From Gemmatimonadaceae bacterium (GTDB taxonomy: Bacteria > Gemmatimonadota > Gemmatimonadetes > Gemmatimonadales > Gemmatimonadaceae): a stretch of 64,000 nucleotides of DNA. Position 1 is the first letter of the stretch; the number at the start of each line of letters is the position of its first letter. Below the pieces are notes generated by a model. It was not told where the DNA came from. It did not search any database and worked only from the letters and a program-made list of their open reading frames with translations. Positions 46,007 to 53,556 of this stretch are shown piece after piece. A program made the position numbers and the translations under genes. The stretch covers positions 8,474 to 72,473 of the forward strand of contig DASVYG010000443.1 of assembly GCA_036392315.1 (NCBI GenBank). The letters are read 5' to 3'.

Positions 46007-48286
46007 TCATAGGTTCATGCGCCGCACCAATGCCTCGAACCGCGGATGACCGCGCATGGGGTCCATGAGCGGATTCACATTCACGTACGCTAGCCATCCG
46101 CGGCGGTCGTCGTACGCCCGCTCCGACCAGTCGATCGCTCGCTCGACGTCGCCAAGGCCCAGCAAGATTGTGGCGAACGCGACCGGCGAGACGTAGCCGA
46201 TGGCCGCATGGGCTTCGAGCTCCGCCAACAGCACCAGCGCTTCGTCGCGCCGGCCGGCGCGAGCCAGGGCGTAACCCAACGACGCGCTCGTATACGTCCC
46301 CGCGCCCGGCATCGTCACCGTCTCGCGCAACACTCGCTCGGCGTCCACGTGCTTGCCTTCGAGCGACAGTGTGACGCCGAGTACCCTGAACGTCTCTTCG
46401 GCGTTGGGATTCATCGTGATCGCGCGCTCGAGATGGTAACGCGCCTGCTCGTACCGTCTCGCATACAGATACGCCCAGCCGAGCGAGCGGCGCGCTGACA
46501 CGGAGCCGGGATCGAGCTCGATGGCGGTGTGTCCCTCGACCAACGATTCGCCCGTCGCGCCGAGCGCACATAGCAGGAACGCGTACCATTGATGGGCCGT
46601 GGCATAGCGCGGGTCGAGCTCGATCGCGCGGCGAAACTCCTGGCCCGCCGACGCCCAGTCCCAGTCGTACGCGAACCGGCACCACGCGAGCGACGCATGT
46701 GCTTCGGCGAGCGAGTCATCGAGCTCGATCGCCTTCAGCGCGTACTTCTTCGCCTGCATGAATCCCTCGTCGACCGGCACGCTGCGATAGTCGACGTGCA
46801 ATGCGTAGCAGTCGGCGAGTCCCGTGTACGCCAGCGCGTACGACGGATCTTCGGCAATCGCTTGCTCGAAGTAGCGAATGCCGGCGGTGACGCCTTCCTG
46901 GGTCCGACGATTCCATTCGTAACGGCCTTTGAGATAGAGACCGTAGGCGCGCACGTTGTCCGTGTAGTGTTGGACGCGCGCCGGCGCGAGATCGGCGAAC
47001 CACGTGGCGCGCAGCGTGTCGACGATCGTGCGGCTGATCTCGTCCTGAATGGCGAAGACGTCGTCGAGCCGGCGATCGTAGCGCTGGGACCAGAGCAAGC
47101 GCCCTTCCGACGTGGACGTCAGCTGCGCCGTGATCCGGAGTTGTTGGCCCGATCGCCGCACCGTTCCTTCGAGAACCACGGAACAGTCGAGCAACGCGCC
47201 GATCGCTCGGACGTCCTGCAGCTTTCCCTTGAGCGCGAACACCGACGTTCGCGACGCCACGTGAATGCCCTCGACGTTGGCCAGCGCGTCGATCAGCTCG
47301 TCGGTGATCCCGTCGCTGAGATATTCGTTGTCCGGATCGGGACTCGCGTTGACGAAGGGCAGCACAGCGATGCTTCTCGTCGCGCCGGTCGCCACGTATC
47401 CGTGCGGCGCCGCGTCTGTTCGCAACGACGCAGTGAACTCGGCGACGCTCCCGAATCGGTGCGCCGGGTCCCGCGCCAGCGCCCGAGCAAGCGCGTCGTC
47501 GACCGGCATCGGAACTTCGGCGCGAAGCGTTCGTACGCGGCGCGCAGTCTCGGTCACGTGCTTGGCCATCGTCGAGCGCGCCGATGCGCCACGGTGCGGC
47601 GGTTCGCCGGCGAGCATCTCGAAGAGAACGCAGCCGAGGCTATAGACGTCGCTGCGCACGTCGAGCTCCACCTCTCCGCTCGCCTGCTCGGGACTCATGT
47701 ACTCGGGCGTGCCCACGATGACGCCTTCGCTCGTCACGGGTTCGACCGCGTCGTCGCCGCACGCGGCTCGCGCGATCCCGAAGTCGGCGAGCAGTGCGTG
47801 TCCGTCGGCGAAGAGTATGTTCTCCGGCTTGACGTCGCGGTGGACGAATCCGGCGCGGTTGGCGAAGTCGAGTCCGTCGCCGACCTCGCAGGTGATGCGC
47901 ACCGCGTCCTGAATCGAGAGACGGCCTTCGCGCTTCAAGCGATCGCGCAACGATCCGCCGGGGATGAAGACGGAGACATAGTAGAGCATTCCGTCGGCTT
48001 CGCCCGAGTCGATGAGCGGCACGAGATGCGGGTGCGACAGCCGTGCCGCGATCGCGATCTCGCGTAGAAAACGCTCGGCGCCGAACGTCGCCAGGAGCTC
48101 AGGTCGCAGCACTTTGACCGCGACCTGTCGTCCGTGCTTGCGCTCCTCGGCCAGATATACCGTTGCCATGCCGCCGCTTCCCAGCTCACGCTCGATGATG
48201 TAGCGATCGACGAGCGACGAATTCGGCAGGAGCGCGGGCGCCGCAGCGTGGTGCGGCAGCGAAGTCGAGTCGGGCACGATGGTCAA
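46007..48286 (-). CDS. Ser/Thr protein kinase with C-terminal TolB-N-like and TPR repeat region
   Basis: GSGGMATVYLA, VAVKVL, HRDVKPENILF, DFGIARA and GTPEYMSPEQ match the kinase domain. IAVLPFVN..SPDPDNEYLSDGITDELI follows, then multiple TPR-like repeats. Confidence 0.9.
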   Translation of the reverse strand: MTIVPDSTSLPHHAAAPALLPNSSLVDRYIIERELGSGGMATVYLAEERKHGRQVAVKVLRPELLATFGAERFLREIAIAARLSHPHLVPLIDSGEADGMLYYVSVFIPGGSLRDRLKREGRLSIQDAVRITCEVGDGLDFANRAGFVHRDVKPENILFADGHALLADFGIARAACGDDAVEPVTSEGVIVGTPEYMSPEQASGEVELDVRSDVYSLGCVLFEMLAGEPPHRGASARSTMAKHVTETARRVRTLRAEVPMPVDDALARALARDPAHRFGSVAEFTASLRTDAAPHGYVATGATRSIAVLPFVNASPDPDNEYLSDGITDELIDALANVEGIHVASRTSVFALKGKLQDVRAIGALLDCSVVLEGTVRRSGQQLRITAQLTSTSEGRLLWSQRYDRRLDDVFAIQDEISRTIVDTLRATWFADLAPARVQHYTDNVRAYGLYLKGRYEWNRRTQEGVTAGIRYFEQAIAEDPSYALAYTGLADCYALHVDYRSVPVDEGFMQAKKYALKAIELDDSLAEAHASLAWCRFAYDWDWASAGQEFRRAIELDPRYATAHQWYAFLLCALGATGESLVEGHTAIELDPGSVSARRSLGWAYLYARRYEQARYHLERAITMNPNAEETFRVLGVTLSLEGKHVDAERVLRETVTMPGAGTYTSASLGYALARAGRRDEALVLLAELEAHAAIGYVSPVAFATILLGLGDVERAIDWSERAYDDRRGWLAYVNVNPLMDPMRGHPRFEALVRRMNL

Positions 48287-48462
48287 TCTATGGTACGCAT
48301 GGCGCTATGTCCCGCGTGACGCCTGCGGCTAAGCTCGCCCGCGGCGTAGCTTGATATTCAAGTGATTGATTTGATACTTGACCCGTGCCAGACGCACCGA
48401 CCGCCGACGTCTACCACGCCATCGCTTACCCGCGCCGAGCAACAACGTTCACGGGAGAACAC

Positions 48463-49206
48463 ATGACAACCCATCGAGTCGTTTCACACGATCAATGGAT
48501 CGCCGCGCGCACGCAGTTTCTCGCCGCCGAGAAAGAGTTTACCCGTCTGCGGGATGAGCTCAGCCAACAGCGACGGGACCTGCCGTGGGAATCCGTCGAC
48601 AAGGACTATGTGTTCGAAGGACCGAATGGGCGCGAGTCGCTCTCCGACTTGTTCGAGGGAAGAAGCCAGTTGATCGTCTACCATTTCATGTTCAACCCGA
48701 AGGACAGCGTCGGATGTCCGCACTGCTCGTTTTGGGCGGACAATTTCAATGGCGCGATCATCCACCTGAACCAGCGCGATGCGACGATGGTCGCGATCTC
48801 GCGCGCGCCGTACTCCAAGCTCGCGGCCTATGAGCAGCGGATGGGCTGGACATTCAAATGGCTCTCGTCGGGCGACACAGATTTCAATTTCGACTACCAG
48901 GCGTCGTTCACGCCGAAAGAGCTCGCCGACAAGAAGGCGTTGTACAATTTCGCCGTGCAGAATCCCGGCGGACCCGACCGCGAGGGCCTCAGCGTCTTCT
49001 TCAAGGACGCCGACGGGAAGATCTTCCACACGTATTCGACGTATGCGCGCGGCATCGACATGTTCAACACGACCTATCAACTACTCGACTTGGCGCCCAA
49101 GGGACGCGACGAGGGAGATCGCGCCCAGTTTTGGGTCCGGCGGCACGATGAGTACGGCGCTACTCGTATCCGATCGCGGGCGACAGAGGGATCTGGCTCC
49201 GCATGA
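48463..49206 (+). CDS. DUF899 thioredoxin-like family protein
   Basis: GGGAG precedes ATG 48463. WIAARTQFLAAEKEFTRLRDELSQQRRDLPW, GCPHCSFWADNF and RRHDEY match the family. The 3' tail overlaps the convergent thioesterase gene. Confidence 0.85.
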   Translation: MTTHRVVSHDQWIAARTQFLAAEKEFTRLRDELSQQRRDLPWESVDKDYVFEGPNGRESLSDLFEGRSQLIVYHFMFNPKDSVGCPHCSFWADNFNGAIIHLNQRDATMVAISRAPYSKLAAYEQRMGWTFKWLSSGDTDFNFDYQASFTPKELADKKALYNFAVQNPGGPDREGLSVFFKDADGKIFHTYSTYARGIDMFNTTYQLLDLAPKGRDEGDRAQFWVRRHDEYGATRIRSRATEGSGSA

Positions 49207-49597
49207 ACGTCCCGCTCCCGCGGGCAATCTGACGACCGGCGGAATCCAGCAACTCCGCGTCGGCGATGATCAGGTTCTTCGATCGGTGGACGACGCGACC
49301 GGTCGCGCGCATCTCGCCCTCGGAAATCGGACGCGTGAAGAACACGTTGTACGTCACGGTGAGTACGAACACGTCCGGTACGAGCGAATTGGCAGCGAAG
49401 AATGCCGCGTCGTCGAGCGCCTTGAAGTAGACCGCGCCGTGGACCGCGTTCGCCGCGTGGAAGAAATCCGGCTTGATCGGAATGGTGATCTCGGCGCGGC
49501 CCTCATCGACGTGAAGGGCCGGCGCGAAGAATCTGCTGATCGGCGCTGCGTGAAACATGCGCTCGAGCTTGCGGTAGTGCTCTTCAGGGTGTCTCAT
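49160..49597 (-). CDS. PaaI-family hotdog-fold thioesterase
   Basis: HAANAVHGAVYFKALDDAAFFAA and GRVVHRSKNLIIADAELLD are typical PaaI/DUF4442-like motifs. The start overlaps the GMC gene stop by 4 nt. Confidence 0.85.
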   Translation of the reverse strand: MRHPEEHYRKLERMFHAAPISRFFAPALHVDEGRAEITIPIKPDFFHAANAVHGAVYFKALDDAAFFAANSLVPDVFVLTVTYNVFFTRPISEGEMRATGRVVHRSKNLIIADAELLDSAGRQIARGSGTFMRSQIPLSPAIGYE

Positions 49598-51192
49598 GCT
49601 CGACGTGGCAATCCCTTTTCGATCTCGTGCGCCGCGCGCAGCGACAAGGCGCAGAACGTCAATGTCGCGTTGGCGCAGCTCCCACTCACGCTCGTCGGCG
49701 CGCCGACCACGAACAGATTCTCGTGATCATGGGCACGTCCCCACGAATCTACGACGCTCACCGATGGATCATCGCCCATGCGACATCCTCCGGCGGGGTG
49801 GTCCTGGAAATTGTCGACCGACGTTCGCAGCAGCTTGCCGTCACCCGCCTTGGCCATGTTCGCGAACAGCGCGCGAATCGAATCCTCCGTCTGGGCGCGC
49901 AACGCGGCGGACTCCGGGGCATCGCGGAACGCAAGCTTGGGGAGTGGATCGCCCCACTGATTCTTCCGCGTAGCGTCGAGCGTCAGCTCGCTCGCGCGAT
50001 CGGGAATCACGTCATAGTAGGCGCGAACGCGCGCCGTTCCCGTCTTTGTCCGCGCTCGCCAGTCCTCGAGGATGGCATCGCCGAGCATCAACGCGCCGGT
50101 ATCGTCGACCAGACGCGGCGTGCGCGCGGTCGACGACTCCCAGACACGCAGATCATGTCGAATGAAGGTGCTGCCAGGCTTTGGCCGCATGAATTGCTTC
50201 GTGACCAGGCTGTGCTGTTCGTTCATTCCTGGGTAGAGTCGCAACGGCAGCTCGACGGTTCCCTGCACATTGCGATGCCCGGTGAGATACTTGCCGACGA
50301 GCCCGGAGGAGTTCGCCAGGCCGTTCGGCGCAGCACGTTGCGCCGAAAGCAGCAGAAGGTGCGCGCTCCACGTGTACCCGGCCGCGACGACGAACCGCTT
50401 GGCGTGAAATTCGACCGGCTCGTCCGGATGGTCTCGATCGACGGCAACGGCGTGCGAGATGGTCTTGCCGGTGGGATCGAGCACGAGCTTTCGCACGAGC
50501 GTGCGCGGCACGAGCCGAATTCTGTTGGTGCGCCGCAGCTCGCTCCACGTGAAGTCCGGCGAGTATTTCGCGCCGACGGGACAGATCGGCGAACAGGTAT
50601 CGTTGCGACAGCACTGCGCGCGTCCGCGATACGCCACCGAGTTTTTCGCCGACGGCTGACTCCACATCGCGATGCCCGCCTTCGACGCCCAATCTTTGAG
50701 CAGTCCCAGATTGTACGTGAGCGGCAGCGCAGGCATGGGGAATGGTTTACCGCGCGGATCGAGCTCGGGCGGACCCTGCTCGCCCGCCACACCCATCACC
50801 TCTTCGGCTTCTTGGTAGTACGGATCGAGCTCGTCGTATGAGATCGGCCAATCCGTGCCGACGCCGAACAAGCTTCGGTGCTTGAAATCCTCGGGTGAGA
50901 AGCGCGGTGTGACGCCGCCCCAGTGCATCGCCAGTCCGCCGACCTGCATCGAACGCGATTGCAGTGGACCGTCCACCTCGTATCCCTCGAGATGGTCACG
51001 TCCCCACGGATTCTCGGCGTAGCGAAGGAATCGTTCGCGCATCGCGGCGCGCTGCGGGAGCGGAATTGTCTCGTCGCCCGCCTCGACGACGACGATCTTC
51101 GCCGACGTCGTTCGCGCGAGCCGATCGGCAACCATCGCAGCGGTGATCCCCGACCCGATGATGCAGACGTCGCTCTCGATCGCGCGGCGCAT
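49594..51192 (-). CDS. GMC family FAD-dependent oxidoreductase (second copy)
   Basis: ATG 51192 overlaps the small-subunit stop (ATGA). SDVCIIGSGITAAMVADRLARTTSAKIVVVEAG is the FAD fold. HPAGGCRMG...NLFVVGAP is the C-terminal GMC region. The 51495 start is rejected. Confidence 0.9.
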   Translation of the reverse strand: MRRAIESDVCIIGSGITAAMVADRLARTTSAKIVVVEAGDETIPLPQRAAMRERFLRYAENPWGRDHLEGYEVDGPLQSRSMQVGGLAMHWGGVTPRFSPEDFKHRSLFGVGTDWPISYDELDPYYQEAEEVMGVAGEQGPPELDPRGKPFPMPALPLTYNLGLLKDWASKAGIAMWSQPSAKNSVAYRGRAQCCRNDTCSPICPVGAKYSPDFTWSELRRTNRIRLVPRTLVRKLVLDPTGKTISHAVAVDRDHPDEPVEFHAKRFVVAAGYTWSAHLLLLSAQRAAPNGLANSSGLVGKYLTGHRNVQGTVELPLRLYPGMNEQHSLVTKQFMRPKPGSTFIRHDLRVWESSTARTPRLVDDTGALMLGDAILEDWRARTKTGTARVRAYYDVIPDRASELTLDATRKNQWGDPLPKLAFRDAPESAALRAQTEDSIRALFANMAKAGDGKLLRTSVDNFQDHPAGGCRMGDDPSVSVVDSWGRAHDHENLFVVGAPTSVSGSCANATLTFCALSLRAAHEIEKGLPRRA

Positions 51193-51779
51193 CAGCGTTC
51201 CCTCAGCTTGATCACGGGCAGCGGCTTTCGCGACGACGCCGATAGCGGCCGGCAAGTCTGCTTGCCGATCTGCGCGCCATAACACAAGTCGGTCGCCGCC
51301 GAGCTGTCGTAGAAATGGGCGAGCAGCGCGATGGCCACGTGGTCGGCGCCGGCGACGGGCGGCATGCGATCGAGCCTCTGGCCTTGCAGCGCCGCACGAA
51401 CGAGATCCGCACGTTGCGCGATCGCGAGATCGCGAAAGCGCTTCTGATGGACGTTTTTGGCTCGCGTCTCGAGCTCGTCGAGTTGCGTCGTCCAACGCGT
51501 GAGCGGGGTCGGTCCGGTCGAGCGCAGGCGCGAGGTGCCGTAGCCGTGCACCAGTTCCGCGTTCTCGCGATAGTTCGCGCCCCAGTCGCGGAACTCACGC
51601 GCGACGTTGGTCGCACCGGCGCGGCCGAGCTCGGACGGAAGGATTGCCACCGCGAGCGCGTCGAGCGTGGCGGGATCGGATTCGAGATGGCTCGCCGCGA
51701 GTGCGTGCGCGCGGCGGGCGACGAGCGCCAGCGGGACCGCGGCGGCGAGTGAGGAGAGGAAACTGCGGCGGGAGAGCAC
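51192..51779 (-). CDS. Gluconate 2-dehydrogenase subunit 3-like small subunit (Tat signal), second copy
   Basis: MLSRRSFLSSLAAAVPLALVARRAHA is a Tat signal. It is translationally coupled to the GMC gene. Confidence 0.8.
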   Translation of the reverse strand: MLSRRSFLSSLAAAVPLALVARRAHALAASHLESDPATLDALAVAILPSELGRAGATNVAREFRDWGANYRENAELVHGYGTSRLRSTGPTPLTRWTTQLDELETRAKNVHQKRFRDLAIAQRADLVRAALQGQRLDRMPPVAGADHVAIALLAHFYDSSAATDLCYGAQIGKQTCRPLSASSRKPLPVIKLRER

Positions 51780-51856
51780 GGGTGGTGTCCTCCGGTTGTT
51801 GAATGCGGCGATCGCGTTCTTTCGTTATCGGTCGCGTTGCAGCGCAGCAACGCGGT

Positions 51857-52684
51857 TTACCGAATCCAATGCCCCAACCGCGACCAACGAATATCGGTGA
51901 TGAACGACACCGGCCGATCACTCACCTGTCCACTGCACTGATCGTTGCCTTCGCCTGGATCCGGCACGTATGAGTAGTACACGAACAGCGGCCGACCCCG
52001 AATGTTTTCCTTGGGAACGACTCCCCAGTACCGGCTGTCCTTGGAACAGTACCGGTTGTCACCCATCATGAAATAGTGATTGGCGGGAATCAGTAGCGGG
52101 CCCCAGTTGTCGTGCGTGGGTTGCGCCGGCGGAGCACCGAAGCGGGAGCCTTTGATCTCAACCTTGTGTTGCCAGTCGAAGTCGGCGTTTACCTCGTTCG
52201 GATCGCCTTTGTAGTTGTTCGCCGCGAACCCCTGATGCTGTGCGATGCCGTTCAAGTACAGAATCCCGGCGCGCATGTAGAGCGTGTCGCCCGGCATGCC
52301 GATCAGCCGCTTCACGAGCGTCGGAGTAAAATCCGGCGCGTTGTCGGCCTGGTAGGGCGACACGAAGACGATCACGTCTTGGTGCTTGGGATCGGAGTAT
52401 CCGGGCAGATGCGAGTTCGTGAACGGAATTGTCGGCCCGTACGCGAGCTTGTTGACGAACAGCCAATCGCCGACGAGCAGCGTGGGGATCATGCTCCCCG
52501 ACGGAATGCGAAATGCTTCGACGAACAGCGTCTTGACGAACAGATAGATCAGAATCGCGCCGGCGAGCGATTTGAAGTTCTCCCACAGCCATTTCCCGAA
52601 TGGCTGCGACGTCTTCTTTCCGGCGCCGCGCGCTTGCGCGACGACGTTGGCTTTGGGCTTGGCTTTCGCTGCGGGTTTTGCCAT
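51857..52684 (-). CDS. lepB: Signal peptidase I
   Basis: ATG 52684. A Lys-rich N-tail and a TM are followed by the catalytic box IPSGSMIPTL. GDNRYCSKDSRYWG is box E. Confidence 0.9.
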   Translation of the reverse strand: MAKPAAKAKPKANVVAQARGAGKKTSQPFGKWLWENFKSLAGAILIYLFVKTLFVEAFRIPSGSMIPTLLVGDWLFVNKLAYGPTIPFTNSHLPGYSDPKHQDVIVFVSPYQADNAPDFTPTLVKRLIGMPGDTLYMRAGILYLNGIAQHQGFAANNYKGDPNEVNADFDWQHKVEIKGSRFGAPPAQPTHDNWGPLLIPANHYFMMGDNRYCSKDSRYWGVVPKENIRGRPLFVYYSYVPDPGEGNDQCSGQVSDRPVSFITDIRWSRLGHWIR

Positions 52685-52822
52685 GAGTGCGGCGGAGCGG
52701 TGGAGCGGTGAAGGACAGAGCGACAAGCTCGACCGACGCTCAATCTAGTTGTCGTACGAGCGCGAAACACCACCGGTTCCACGTCCGCCGAGTGTGCGTG
52801 TCCCCGCCCCTAGAAATGCAGC

Positions 52823-52851
52823 GGGGGGACGTGCGCAACGCACGTCCCCCC
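52823..52851 (-). terminator. 13-bp perfect GC-rich hairpin downstream of the SWIB gene
   Basis: ggggggacgtgcg-caa-cgcacgtcccccc. On the minus strand it is followed by gcugcauuucua, a weak U-tract. Confidence 0.5.
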
Positions 52852-52869
52852 GAGTGCAGACCGGCGACC

Positions 52870-53244
52870 TTACTTGATGTGCTTGTTGACGAGCTTGGTC
52901 ATCTCGAACATCGAGACTTTGCCCTTGCCACCAAACACCACACGGAGCTTGTCGTCGGCATTGATCATGCGACGCTCCTTCGCATCCTGGAGGCCATTCC
53001 GCTTGATGTAGCCCCAGAGCTTCTTCGTGATCTCGGTGCGCGGAATCGGATTGCCACCGACGATCGCACTGAGCGCGGCATCCGGCTGCTTCGGCGCCAT
53101 GAACGCCGCATTCGGCACGCGCTTCGCGCCGCCCTTCTTCTTCGCGGCCTTTCTCGCGCCGCCCTTCTTTGCTGCGCGGCCTTTCTTGCCGCCCTTCTTG
53201 GCGCCGCCCTTTTTGGCGGCCTTCTTTCCCTTCTTTGCAGCCAT
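52870..53244 (-). CDS. SWIB/MDM2-domain protein with Lys/Ala/Gly-rich histone H1-like N-terminal tail
   Basis: GGGAGAG precedes the ATG. The tail is MAAKKGKKAAKKGGAKKGGKKGRAAKKGGARKAAKKKGGAKR. The SWIB core is PRTEITKKLWGYIKRNGLQDAKERRMINADDKLRVVFGGKGKVSMFEMTKLVNKHI. Confidence 0.85.
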   Translation of the reverse strand: MAAKKGKKAAKKGGAKKGGKKGRAAKKGGARKAAKKKGGAKRVPNAAFMAPKQPDAALSAIVGGNPIPRTEITKKLWGYIKRNGLQDAKERRMINADDKLRVVFGGKGKVSMFEMTKLVNKHIK

Positions 53245-53293
53245 TCTCTCTCCCGGTAGATGGAATGGTTGGGGAGAAATTCCCCTGAAGTGT

Positions 53294-53556
53294 GTCGATT
53301 TCCCCTATGAAAACCGACCCCCTTCGACGGCGAAAGGTATAATCATCGGCGTAGGACGCAATAGGGAATTTCCGTTTTTCCCTCTGAGAAGCGTCGATTT
53401 CCCCTCTGAAAACGGCCCGCGTTCGCTCGAGAACGGGGCCGTTTTCCCTCTGACAGCCGTCGATTTTCCACCGCGTGCGTCGGGATGCACCCGCGATCCG
53501 GCAACGAAAAACCGCTCGCATTTCAGAGGAGAAATCGCGTTTTCTCCTCTGAAAAC
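53294..53556. repeat. Array of 22-bp iteron-like direct repeats (consensus nnCGwTTTyCCCTCTGAaAAC) phased at multiples of 11 bp
   Basis: Copies are at 53294-53314, 53371-53392, 53393-53413, 53437-53458 and 53536-53556. A half copy is at 53459-53475 and an inverted copy at 53521-53534. TGA anchors at 53308, 53385, 53407, 53451, (53473) and 53550 give spacings of 77, 22, 44, 22 and 77 bp. Confidence 0.85.
53521..53554 (-). terminator. Perfect 14-bp inverted repeat (6-nt loop) 2 nt after the hydrolase gene stop; possible terminator and/or protein-binding palindrome
   Basis: tttcagaggagaaa-tcgcgt-tttctcctctgaaa. On the minus strand a short U-run (gguuuuu) follows after 10 nt. Both arms are copies of the repeat unit. 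Confidence 0.5.

Noticed and set aside
49160-49206. The 47-nt overlap of the 3' ends of the DUF899 and PaaI thioesterase genes, considered as a possible frameshift or pseudogene
   Set aside because: Both proteins are full-length with intact family motifs. The DUF899 tail after RRHDEY is probably a short non-conserved extension. Convergent overlaps are common in compact high-GC genomes.
53294-53556. CRISPR array
   Set aside because: The repeats are only about 22 bp, several are directly abutting, and the spacers are irregular (0-77 bp). No cas genes are in the window. The 11-bp phasing points to protein-binding sites instead.
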